A DNA stretch of 64,000 nt from Aquificaceae bacterium (lineage in GTDB: Bacteria > Aquificota > Aquificia > Aquificales > Aquificaceae), in NCBI GenBank assembly GCA_037924335.1, contig JAXSMZ010000001.1, forward strand, positions 11,911-75,910, read 5' to 3'. Position 1 is the first letter of the stretch, and each line of letters begins with the position of its first letter. This document shows positions 19,285 to 27,724 of this stretch, one piece after another. Position numbers and translations under genes: made by a program. The notes beneath the pieces are model-generated. The model did not search any database, was not told the origin of the DNA, and was given only the letters and a program-made list of their open reading frames with translations.

Positions 19285-20190
19285 ATGATAGTTTTAGGAG
19301 GTGCAACGGCAAGCGGAAAGTCAGAAATAGCCTGCGAGCTTGCAAAGAGATTAAACACAGAGATAATAAGCGTAGATTCTATGAGCGTGTACAAGTATAT
19401 GGATATTGGGACAGCAAAACCCATCGAATGCATGAAAGATGTCAAGCACCACCTTGTAGATATAATGAACCCTGGAGAGTACTTTGACGCCAAGATCTTT
19501 GAAAGCTTAGCACTCAGGGTAATGCAGGACATAAAAAGCAGAGGCAAGCTTCCAATAGTTTGTGGAGGTACATACCTTTACATACAGGCACTTCTCTATG
19601 GAATAGAAGAAACACCAAAGCCAGACTGGAATCTCAGGAAAAGGCTCTACACAGTTATAGAAAAGAAGGGAAGTGAGTATCTCTACAGTAAATTAAAGCT
19701 TGTGGACCCTCAGTATGCGGGGAAAATACATCCAAAGGATGCAAGGAGGATAGTGAGAGCTTTAGAGGTTTTTATTCAAAGCGGAAGAGCTTTCTCTTCC
19801 TTTCACAGTTGGAAAAAACCGAGGTTTGATTTCAGTGGTTTTTACATAAAATGGGAATGGCCATCCCTTTCCAAAAGGATAGAGGAGAGAGTTTTGCTTA
19901 TGTTTGAAAGGGGGCTGGTCAAAGAGGTAGAAAATCTTCTAAAAATGGGGTTTGAAAACTTTCTCACATCCTCCCAGGCTATAGGCTACAAAGAAGTGGT
20001 TCCTTATCTGAAGGGACTTATAAGCTTAGAGGAGGCTATAGGAAAAGTCATAAAGAACACTAAAGAGTACGCCAAAAGGCAAATAAGATGGTTCAGAAGG
20101 CAGGAATGGACGCAAGTGGATGCAGAAAAGCTTGGAATAGAGGGAAGCGTTGAATTTATCCTTACATCTTTGACTCAACCCTGTATATGA
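19285..20190 (+). CDS. miaA: tRNA dimethylallyltransferase
   Basis: GATASGKS, DSMSVYKYMDIGTAKP, GGTYLY, YAKRQIRWF. Confidence 0.96.
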   Translation: MIVLGGATASGKSEIACELAKRLNTEIISVDSMSVYKYMDIGTAKPIECMKDVKHHLVDIMNPGEYFDAKIFESLALRVMQDIKSRGKLPIVCGGTYLYIQALLYGIEETPKPDWNLRKRLYTVIEKKGSEYLYSKLKLVDPQYAGKIHPKDARRIVRALEVFIQSGRAFSSFHSWKKPRFDFSGFYIKWEWPSLSKRIEERVLLMFERGLVKEVENLLKMGFENFLTSSQAIGYKEVVPYLKGLISLEEAIGKVIKNTKEYAKRQIRWFRRQEWTQVDAEKLGIEGSVEFILTSLTQPCI

Positions 20191-21061
20191 GCCAATAAAC
20201 CAAGCCTAAGGATACAGTTACCAAAGACAGTATCAAAAGCTCCTGTGCCTTTTCTGGTGCAAGGGATATGATCAGTACCTTTCTTATTATTGCTGCCAAA
20301 GCCACACCTACAAAGACCTTTAAGCTAAGAGCTGAACCCCTTATATGCCTTATCTCCTCTGAGAGTAGCTCAGTTATAGCGTAAAGTATGAGTACAGAAC
20401 CAAGGATGCTAAGACCTCCTCTCTCCAAGGGTAGCTGGCTAGAGACTACAAGCCAAACCTCATAAGAGACCCAGAATATGAGGAAAATGGCTACAACCGT
20501 TAATGTGAGCGTTATAAAAGTATCGAAAAACCAGGAGAGTTTTCTTATATTCTCAATGAGAAGTCTTTGATACTTACCAGAGGCAAAATAAAGTCTTAAT
20601 TCTTCTTCCCTGAAGGAGTTTATCATCACATCTAAGTTCATGTCCAATGCTTTATTTATAGAGGTCATAATATGCTTTGCCTCTTCGGTCAGCCCAATCT
20701 CTTTTATGACCTTATCCGTTATATAATCTCTCACAAAGTTCATGGATGCTTGCACATAGTGGGGTGGCAGTCCTATCTTTACATGAGTTTCACCTATCCT
20801 GTGAAGCCTTCTCAGATACTGAGCATCATATTTGGAAGTAAATAGGGATACAAACCAGCGTTTTACCTTCTCTTTGTGTCTTGCCCTTGTTGACTCATCA
20901 GGAAGGTACCTACTGGTATCTTTAAAGTTCTCCAAATACCTGTAAAACTCCTCTATGAACTCATCCCTGTACTTCTCCCCTATCCATGAGATAGACCTTA
21001 TATTTCCTTCGTCTATGTTTGTCCAGCTGTAATGAACTTTTAGTTCTTCTATGGTTTCCAT
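20162..21061 (-). CDS. protoglobin (globin-coupled sensor) domain fused to a PsiE-like four-TM domain
   Basis: EEFYRYL, IGETHVKIGL (proximal His), C-terminal TM helices with AAIIRKVLI; start ATG 21061 behind TATAAT. Confidence 0.8.
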   Translation of the reverse strand: METIEELKVHYSWTNIDEGNIRSISWIGEKYRDEFIEEFYRYLENFKDTSRYLPDESTRARHKEKVKRWFVSLFTSKYDAQYLRRLHRIGETHVKIGLPPHYVQASMNFVRDYITDKVIKEIGLTEEAKHIMTSINKALDMNLDVMINSFREEELRLYFASGKYQRLLIENIRKLSWFFDTFITLTLTVVAIFLIFWVSYEVWLVVSSQLPLERGGLSILGSVLILYAITELLSEEIRHIRGSALSLKVFVGVALAAIIRKVLIISLAPEKAQELLILSLVTVSLGLVYWLIYRVESKM

Positions 21062-21076
21062 GGTATTATTATACAT

Positions 21077-21523
21077 ATGAAGATAGCGTTAGGCTCAGAC
21101 CATGCTGGCTTCCATCTCAAGGAGAAGATAAAGGAGTTTTTGGTGTCAAAAGGACATCATGTTATAGACGTTGGCACAACTTCCAATGAACCTACGGATT
21201 ATCCCATCTATGCCAGAGAAGTTGCCATGTTAGTAAAAAGCGGAGAAGCTGAGCAGGGTATTCTCATATGCGGTACTGGTATAGGTATGTGCATAACTGC
21301 TAACAAGTTTAAAGGAATCTATGCAGCTCTGTGTACTGATGAATACATGGCAAAGGTTAGCAAGTTGCATAACAATGCCAACGTACTATGCCTTGGAGGA
21401 AGAGTTTTGGGAGATGAGCTAGCCCTTTCCATAGTTGATGCTTGGCTCTCCTATAGTTTTGAAGGTGGAAGGCATGAAAAGAGGGTGAAGATCATAGAGG
21501 GCATAGAAAAAGATGCTTCATAG
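21077..21523 (+). CDS. rpiB: ribose 5-phosphate isomerase B
   Basis: GSDHAG, DYP, CGTGIG, HNNANVLCLG, FEGGRH. Confidence 0.96.
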   Translation: MKIALGSDHAGFHLKEKIKEFLVSKGHHVIDVGTTSNEPTDYPIYAREVAMLVKSGEAEQGILICGTGIGMCITANKFKGIYAALCTDEYMAKVSKLHNNANVLCLGGRVLGDELALSIVDAWLSYSFEGGRHEKRVKIIEGIEKDAS

Positions 21524-21562
21524 CTACGGTGCAAGAAGGGCTATAGCAAACCTCTCATTGCA

Positions 21563-21901
21563 CTACGGTAAGGCGCCACGAGTGGGCTCTGCAACACCCT
21601 GAGAGTTCTCAGCTGAGCCTTTGGCTATCAAGTAAGATGCATACCTTATGCTTCCATCCTTAAGCAGCACAAAGTTCTTCTCCATCCTTTCCCTTAGTCC
21701 CTTTTTGTTTTCAAGGAATTCTTGCAAAGCTTTGGGTTCACTATGAGATTTCAAAAGGTACTCTCTTTTCTCTCCGTTTTCAAAGTAAATAACAACAGGA
21801 AGACAGTAATAGGCAGAGTAGGAACCCTCCGTACATCTATGTATTTCACCCTTTGGCTCTATCTTGATGCTTCTTGCTACTATATCCTCTTCATTTACCA
21901 T
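21563..21901 (-). CDS. hypothetical protein (112 aa)
   Basis: Clean ORF with TATAAT 6 nt upstream; no family recognised. Confidence 0.65.
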   Translation of the reverse strand: MVNEEDIVARSIKIEPKGEIHRCTEGSYSAYYCLPVVIYFENGEKREYLLKSHSEPKALQEFLENKKGLRERMEKNFVLLKDGSIRYASYLIAKGSAENSQGVAEPTRGALP

Positions 21902-21908
21902 GCTTTAA

Positions 21909-23465
21909 TTATAAACCGAGTTCTTTTATCTTTCGCCATAGGGTTGTTCTGTGAATGCCAAGTAGTTTTGCTGCAAGTGTTCTGTTGCCCCGAGCCTGTT
22001 CTAACACTCTCTTAATTTTGACCTTTTCTTCTTCTTGTTGTTTTTCGGAGCTTCTATACACGTCCACATCTAGTTCCAAATAGCTTTTTGTACATGTTAT
22101 AACAGAACGTTCTATTATGTTTTCAAGTTCCCTTACATTACCAGGAAAGTCATAAGAAAGAAGAAATCTCATAGCTTCTGGTGATATACCTTTGATTTTC
22201 TTTGAATACTTATTTGCATATCTTGTGAGGAAATACTCTGCAAGCAGTGGAACATCTTCCTTCCTCTCTCTTAAAGATGGTAAATGTATATGAACTACAT
22301 TTAGCCTGTAGTAGAGGTCTTCTCTAAATAGTCCATTGGACACTAGCTCCTTTAGATTCCTGTTTGTTGCAGCTATGATCCTAACGTTTGCTTTCCTTGT
22401 TTTTGTATCTCCTATCCTCTCAAACTCCTTCTCATGCACAAGATGGAGTATTTTAGCCTGAAGAGAGAGCGGCATGTCTCCTATCTCATCCAAGAAAATG
22501 GTACCTTTATCTGCAAGCTCTACCTTGCCAGGTTTGTCTTTGAGTGCACCCGTGAAGGCCCCTTTGACATAACCAAAAAGCTCAGCCTCCAGTAGGCTTT
22601 CTGGTATGGCAGTGCAGTTTATCCTTACAAAAGGTCCATCCCTCCTTGGTGAAACATAGTGAATGTATTTAGCCAGTAGGCTCTTACCAGTACCAGTTTC
22701 TCCCTCCAAAAGCACATTTACATCGTATTCTGCCACTGATTTAACTAAGTCTAAAACCCTTTGGAATACTGGGCTTTTAGTAATTATGAGTTCATCCTCT
22801 GGCGCTGATACATTTATATTATTGCTTACCACATAAAGGGATACAACTAAACCAAATCCAGACTTCATGGGAGAAACTAACAAGGATGCCTTTTGTCTTC
22901 CATACGGAGTTTCTATGTATATATCGCATCTTTCTCCTTCTGGTGGTAGCTCATCAACGGACAGGTTTATAAGCTCTTTTATATTCTTACCAATAAGGGA
23001 AATTCTTTCGTCTGCGCATAGCATTCTCTTGGCGACCTGGTTATGCTCCAATACTTCACCATGATGGTTAAGTACCAATATGGCTTCAAATATAGAATTG
23101 AGAATAGCCTCCTTGTAAGTTCTCTGCCTTTCAGATTCTACTATGCAGTGGACCACGTTACTAACATCTCTAAAGACCTCAAGAACTCCAAGGAAATTAC
23201 CCTTTACAAATACAGGAGACATGCTCCAACATGCGTGCTTTGAATTTGATAATTTCACGTCATAAACTTGCACTCCCTCTCTTTCTTCCTTAACGTGCTT
23301 CATGGGACAGTCTTCGCATATAGAAAAAATGCCTTTACAATTGCTTCCCTCCAGATCTTCCCTCCCCAACAATCTCTTTGCAGCATCGTTAGCATAAACT
23401 ATCTTAAACTCTCCGTTTATGTAAAGCACACCATCAAACAACCCATCTAGGATGGATATTTCCAT
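21909..23465 (-). CDS. sigma54-dependent enhancer-binding protein (PAS-PAS-AAA+-Fis HTH)
   Basis: GETGTGKS, GAFTGA, FLDEIGD, FREDLYYRL, C-terminal HTH; start probably ATG 23465. Confidence 0.92.
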   Translation of the reverse strand: MEISILDGLFDGVLYINGEFKIVYANDAAKRLLGREDLEGSNCKGIFSICEDCPMKHVKEEREGVQVYDVKLSNSKHACWSMSPVFVKGNFLGVLEVFRDVSNVVHCIVESERQRTYKEAILNSIFEAILVLNHHGEVLEHNQVAKRMLCADERISLIGKNIKELINLSVDELPPEGERCDIYIETPYGRQKASLLVSPMKSGFGLVVSLYVVSNNINVSAPEDELIITKSPVFQRVLDLVKSVAEYDVNVLLEGETGTGKSLLAKYIHYVSPRRDGPFVRINCTAIPESLLEAELFGYVKGAFTGALKDKPGKVELADKGTIFLDEIGDMPLSLQAKILHLVHEKEFERIGDTKTRKANVRIIAATNRNLKELVSNGLFREDLYYRLNVVHIHLPSLRERKEDVPLLAEYFLTRYANKYSKKIKGISPEAMRFLLSYDFPGNVRELENIIERSVITCTKSYLELDVDVYRSSEKQQEEEKVKIKRVLEQARGNRTLAAKLLGIHRTTLWRKIKELGL

Positions 23466-23473
23466 AAGATGAA

Positions 23474-23860
23474 TTATAAGTTCCAATGGGTGGGAATATA
23501 AGACATCATTCTGAGGCTTTCCTCAAAGGCTGACATATACCTCATGGCTGTTATCATAGACCCTTTAAACTTTAATCTTTTAGTTAGCATGGCAGCTCTT
23601 GGTCCCATATCACCGCTTGCGAGCTTTTTCCAATTTTCTGGGCTTGCCCATAGCTCAAAGTTGTATTTTTGAGAGTTAGCCTTTCCTGAAGACTTGGCTA
23701 TACCTCTTTCTACTATAAGCTCCATCGCTTCTCCTTCTTTTCCTTCTATATAGTACTTTATGCTGGCAGAAAAATCCTTAAGGTCTGATTTTAATTTTTC
23801 GTTCTTGTTCCACTCTTCTGCGTAAGCCCTTATCCAATCTTCCGAAAGAAACTTATACAT
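23474..23860 (-). CDS. SCP2 sterol/lipid-binding domain protein
   Basis: FLSEDW...WN start and AAMLTKRLKFKGSM end typical of SCP2; AGGAGG RBS before ATG 23860. Confidence 0.75.
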   Translation of the reverse strand: MYKFLSEDWIRAYAEEWNKNEKLKSDLKDFSASIKYYIEGKEGEAMELIVERGIAKSSGKANSQKYNFELWASPENWKKLASGDMGPRAAMLTKRLKFKGSMITAMRYMSAFEESLRMMSYIPTHWNL

Positions 23861-23880
23861 GCTCACCTCCTAAAATAAAA

Positions 23881-23907
23881 AAGAGGAAGGCTCTAAGCCT
23901 TCCTCTT
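23881..23907 (-). terminator. intrinsic terminator between the DUF2173 pair and the SCP2 gene
   Basis: Perfect 11-bp stem AAGAGGAAGGC/GCCTTCCTCTT followed by a T-rich tract on the minus strand. Confidence 0.8.
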
Positions 23908-23917
23908 ACTCTTTACT

Positions 23918-24253
23918 TTACTTCCCAGCTTCTTCCCTTAGAACCTTAAAGACCTCGTTAAAGGAGACCTCATCGTTGTTTACAAAAACACCTACGTTAC
24001 CCATTACACACACGGAATATTTAGGACCTGTAAGAGCCCATCCATGAAGTGGTGTCCATTCTTGTCCAGAAAAGGCAGTGTATCCATCGCACTGCATCCT
24101 TGCCATAGCGTTGTTGGCTGCGCACATCTCCGCAGCCATAGCTGCATGTTCATCCGATATGTTTCCTTTGTAAGCAACAAGTTTCCCATCGTTGGTAAAC
24201 TCACCTGCAGCCCATACACCTTTTATTTTCATAAGTCTTTCAAGGTTTGCCAT
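23918..24253 (-). CDS. DUF2173-like (roadblock-like) protein, paralogue 2
   Basis: GVWAAGEF..DG.L, MCAAN, CVMGNVGVFV; AAAGGAGG RBS. Confidence 0.75.
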   Translation of the reverse strand: MANLERLMKIKGVWAAGEFTNDGKLVAYKGNISDEHAAMAAEMCAANNAMARMQCDGYTAFSGQEWTPLHGWALTGPKYSVCVMGNVGVFVNNDEVSFNEVFKVLREEAGK

Positions 24254-24267
24254 GGCTTTTACCTCCT

Positions 24268-24609
24268 TTAGATATACTTGGAAAGGGTTTCAAAGGTCTT
24301 GTCAAAATCCGCCTTGCTGAGCTCTACAAAGACTCCCACATTACCCATTATGCAGGCGGCATATTTGCCTCCAGCAACCGCAAAACCATAGACTGGATAA
24401 AAGCCTCCCTGTCCTGTATAGGCACTCCAACCCTTTGCCTGCATGTTGCCCATGAGCTTGTTGGCAGCACACATCATAGCAGCTATCTCTGCAGACTTCT
24501 CGTCTATATCTCCGTAATAGGCAAGAAGCCTCCCATCATCGGAGAACTCTCCAGCCGCCACTGCACCAGGCAGTGACATGAGCTCTCTTAGCTTGCTTAC
24601 GGTAGCCAT
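24268..24609 (-). CDS. DUF2173-like (roadblock-like) protein, paralogue 1
   Basis: GAVAAGEF..DG.L, MCAAN, CIMGNVGVFV; AAGGAGG RBS. Confidence 0.75.
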   Translation of the reverse strand: MATVSKLRELMSLPGAVAAGEFSDDGRLLAYYGDIDEKSAEIAAMMCAANKLMGNMQAKGWSAYTGQGGFYPVYGFAVAGGKYAACIMGNVGVFVELSKADFDKTFETLSKYI

Positions 24610-24646
24610 CTTACACCTCCTTTTAAGGATTTACATAGTTTATTTG

Positions 24647-24663
24647 AGCAATAACCGTGCCAG
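24647..24663 (-). promoter_or_regulatory. sigma54 -24/-12 promoter
   Basis: CTGGCACGGTTATTGCT matches TGGCAC-N5-TTGC, 37 nt upstream of the DUF2173 start. Confidence 0.9.
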
Positions 24664-24724
24664 CCTATCTGTTTTTGAAAATTAAGAACTTACAGCATTT
24701 CCAAATGTCTGCCTCTTTTTGTAT

Positions 24725-24754
24725 ATGTTGCATGTTGCTACAGTGATGCAACAT
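24725..24754. promoter_or_regulatory. putative upstream activating sequence for the enhancer-binding protein
   Basis: Inverted repeat ATGTTGCAT-N12-ATGCAACAT with an internal TGCTACA half-site; IHF-like AATTAAGAACTTA at 24680-24692. Confidence 0.6.
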
Positions 24755-24802
24755 GCTAAAAACACTTGAAATATACTGAAGGAAGCTTATCTATTATTAC
24801 TT

Positions 24803-25312
24803 ATGGTTAGGGAGATTTTGAGATTTCCACATCCTATACTTAAAACCCCCACCCAGAGGGTGGACTTAATAGATAGGGAAATAGAAAGTCTAGTGAAAGA
24901 TATGTTTGAAACTATGTACAGTGCAGAAGGTGTCGGTTTAGCCGCCAACCAAATAGGTGTATCGCTCAGCATAATGGTTATAGACACATCAAAAAAAGAG
25001 GGAAGCCCACCCTTTAAGGCTGTAATGATAAACCCACAGATATTGCTGGCTGAGGGTGAGTTGAACTACAAAGAGGGATGTCTATCCTTCCCTGGTTTGG
25101 TTGTTGAGGTAAAAAGGTACAATAAGGTATTTTTTAAATACGTTGACCTCTTTGGGGAAGAAAGGGAGGAGACCATTGAAGGCTTCCCAGCCGTTGTGTT
25201 CCAGCATGAGCTTGACCATCTTAGCGGTATAACTTTTATAGACAGAGTGAACGGGGTAAGAAGGCGTTTAGCCCTGGACAAGTATGTCAAGCTCCAGAAA
25301 GAGAAGGTATGA
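24803..25312 (+). CDS. def: peptide deformylase
   Basis: GVGLAANQ, EGCLS, QHELDHL. Confidence 0.97.
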   Translation: MVREILRFPHPILKTPTQRVDLIDREIESLVKDMFETMYSAEGVGLAANQIGVSLSIMVIDTSKKEGSPPFKAVMINPQILLAEGELNYKEGCLSFPGLVVEVKRYNKVFFKYVDLFGEEREETIEGFPAVVFQHELDHLSGITFIDRVNGVRRRLALDKYVKLQKEKV

Positions 25313-25575
25313 AAGTGGAGCTTGTCAGGTTTTATCCCTTTGAAACTTCTCTGAAAAAACCAAAACTTTTGGGGTATGCGGATGTACAGATAGATGGAGC
25401 CCTTGTTATAAAGGGTATAAAGCTTTTTGAAAGTAAGTATGGAGGATACTTTATTCAGTTTCCTACTTTGGAAAAGGAAGGCAAAAGCTACAGTATATTG
25501 GATGTAAAGTCAAAGGAACTAACTGAAAAGATAAGAAGAGTTATCGTAGATTATTATAAAGAAAACGCACTTTAG
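25309..25575 (+). CDS. SpoVG family protein
   Basis: LLGYADVQIDGALVIKGIKL...GYFIQFP pattern. Confidence 0.7.
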   Translation: MKVELVRFYPFETSLKKPKLLGYADVQIDGALVIKGIKLFESKYGGYFIQFPTLEKEGKSYSILDVKSKELTEKIRRVIVDYYKENAL

Positions 25576-25648
25576 TGCCCTTAGCTCAGATGGATAGAGC
25601 GTGGGTCTCCGAAGCCCAAGGTCGGGGGTTCGAGTCCCCCAGGGCACG
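25575..25648 (+). tRNA. tRNA-Arg(CCG)
   Basis: GTGCCCT/AGGGCAC acceptor stem, anticodon arm TGGGT-CTCCGAA-GCCCA, GTTCGAGTC T-loop. Confidence 0.95.
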
Positions 25649-25662
25649 CATATATTTATAGT

Positions 25663-26373
25663 ATGCATGTTAGAGCTATCGTAAAGATAAAACGGTCAGA
25701 TTTTGAAGGATACAGAGAGTTCTCTCTTGAACTTCCACAGAGTTATACAGTTCTTGACTTACTTACAAAGATGAAGGAAGATATGGACCAGAGCATATCT
25801 TTCAGGAGCATGTGCAGGTCTGGCATATGTGGAACGTGCGCTGTAAAGGTCAATGGAAAACCAGTGCTGGCATGTAATACAAAACTGAAAGAGCTTGGGG
25901 AAGACATAAAGATAGAACCCATAGATGGTTTTTATGTTATAAAAGACCTTGTTGTTGAACATGATACCCTTATCAAAAGAGTAAAGTCTGCAAGAGTTTG
26001 GTTTAGCCCAAGAGAAGATGCTGTTCCTGTAAGTCAAGAGATCTTGAACATCACAGAAAAGAGCTGGGAATGTATTTTGTGCGGTGCATGCGACAGTGTA
26101 TGCCCAGTACTCTTAGCGAGTCCTTCCTTTGGTGGTCCTATGGCATTTGCAAGAGCCTACAAGCTTTTCAAAGACAAAAGAAACAAGGATACAGAAGAAC
26201 TATCCATGAAGCTAAAGGAGCTCAGCATAAACGCATGTACACACTGTAGAAACTGCTCCTTTGTGTGTCCAAAGATCGTTATGCCAGAGTATCTTATAAA
26301 GGTGGAGGAAGATATTTTGGCAGAGAGGGGTTATACACAGCAAGCTGGTGGTTTTGAATTTCTGTCCTTCTGA
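25663..26373 (+). CDS. frdB: succinate dehydrogenase/fumarate reductase iron-sulfur subunit
   Basis: CRSGICGTC..C, CILCGACDSVCP, CTHCRNCSFVCP. Confidence 0.88.
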   Translation: MHVRAIVKIKRSDFEGYREFSLELPQSYTVLDLLTKMKEDMDQSISFRSMCRSGICGTCAVKVNGKPVLACNTKLKELGEDIKIEPIDGFYVIKDLVVEHDTLIKRVKSARVWFSPREDAVPVSQEILNITEKSWECILCGACDSVCPVLLASPSFGGPMAFARAYKLFKDKRNKDTEELSMKLKELSINACTHCRNCSFVCPKIVMPEYLIKVEEDILAERGYTQQAGGFEFLSF

Positions 26374-26386
26374 CCTACCTTTCAAT

Positions 26387-26395
26387 TTTTCCACA
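26387..26395 (+). promoter_or_regulatory. DnaA box upstream of dnaA
   Basis: TTTTCCACA matches TTWTNCACA. Confidence 0.45.
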
Positions 26396-26506
26396 AGGAA
26401 GAGGAGTTAGGAGTATAGCACTTAAATACAAAGCCACCCTACACATTTTTTTGGGTAGTGAGTTCCTTCGTGCTTTAAGATAAAAGTAAACAAAGAAGAG
26501 GAAAAC

Positions 26507-27724
26507 ATGGAAAGGCAGGAGAGGCAAGATTTCTTGATGTTTATTGAAAGACTAGACCATTTTGCGGTTGGTCTTTTCCGTCAGTTTAGAATAGAAGAAG
26601 GTACAGATAGAGTTGTTCTTGTAGCACCTACGGAAACATACAAAAGATGGGCGATAGAGTATATAGGGAGCAGGCTCAAAAACTATGTAAAAAAGATAGA
26701 GGTTAAAAGCGCAGATGAAGCAGAGAACAAAAGTCTTCAGGAAAGTTACAATTCAAACCTCGTTGAAAGATTTACCTTTGAAAACTTTGTGGTGGGGAGG
26801 GCAAACGAGCTTGCCTATAAAGTCTGTTTGGAAGTTGCAGAAAAGCCTGGAATAGCCTTTAACCCTGTCTTTTTATACGGCAATGTGGGTTTAGGAAAAA
26901 CACACCTACTACACGCTTTAGGAAACATGGCGAGAAGCAAGGGCTTCAAGGTCATATACTCTTCAATCAACGACTTTTCCGATGAGATGATAGAGTACCT
27001 CAGGAAAGGAAACATAGGAAGGTTTAGGGAAAGGTACATGGGGGTTGACCTTATACTCCTTGATGATGTTCAGTTCTTGACTGGCAAAGAGAGAACTCAG
27101 GTAGAGCTCTTTAGACTGTTTGAGTCTATGTATTTGATGGATAAGCAAATAGTGCTGGTGAGCGATAGACATCCCAAGGACCTAAGAGACATATCGGACA
27201 GGTTGATAAGTAGATTTGAGGGTGGTTTAGTTTTAGAGATAGGCTTGGATGATGACACAAAGCTGTCCATAATAAAGCAGAAGCTCATACTCTACGGCCT
27301 TCCTGTAGACAAGGTGGCAATGGACTATATTTTTGACACAACAGGCTACAACGTCAGAGAGATAGAGGGAGCCATAAAAACATTAAAGGTAGTTGGTATA
27401 AAGCCCTTAGAAAACAGGACAGAAAAGGATGTGCAGTTTGTAGTAGAATTTGTTGCCAAGCACTTTGGACTAAAGCCAGACCACCTAAGGAAGGATACAA
27501 AGGAAAGAAGGATAATAAACGCAAAACAGATGGCCATGTACTTATGCAAAGCTGTTCTTGGTATATCCTACACAGAGATAAGCAGGCAATTTGGAAAGAG
27601 GGACCACACATGGGCTATTTACTCCATTAAAAAAATAGAAGAGAGGGTAAGGGAAGACAGGAAGTTCAAGTATATGCTTAGCTTTTTAGAAAAGCAGCTG
27701 AGAAAGGAATTGGGTAAATATTAG
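26507..27724 (+). CDS. dnaA: chromosomal replication initiator
   Basis: FTFENFVVG, NPVFLYGNVGLGKTHL, LLDDVQF, NVREIEG, RDHT helix-turn-helix. Confidence 0.96.
   Translation: MERQERQDFLMFIERLDHFAVGLFRQFRIEEGTDRVVLVAPTETYKRWAIEYIGSRLKNYVKKIEVKSADEAENKSLQESYNSNLVERFTFENFVVGRANELAYKVCLEVAEKPGIAFNPVFLYGNVGLGKTHLLHALGNMARSKGFKVIYSSINDFSDEMIEYLRKGNIGRFRERYMGVDLILLDDVQFLTGKERTQVELFRLFESMYLMDKQIVLVSDRHPKDLRDISDRLISRFEGGLVLEIGLDDDTKLSIIKQKLILYGLPVDKVAMDYIFDTTGYNVREIEGAIKTLKVVGIKPLENRTEKDVQFVVEFVAKHFGLKPDHLRKDTKERRIINAKQMAMYLCKAVLGISYTEISRQFGKRDHTWAIYSIKKIEERVREDRKFKYMLSFLEKQLRKELGKY

Noticed and set aside
21528..21564. Hairpin GTGCAA...TTGCAC after rpiB as an ncRNA
   Set aside because: Imperfect single-copy stem between convergent genes; most simply a terminator-like structure.
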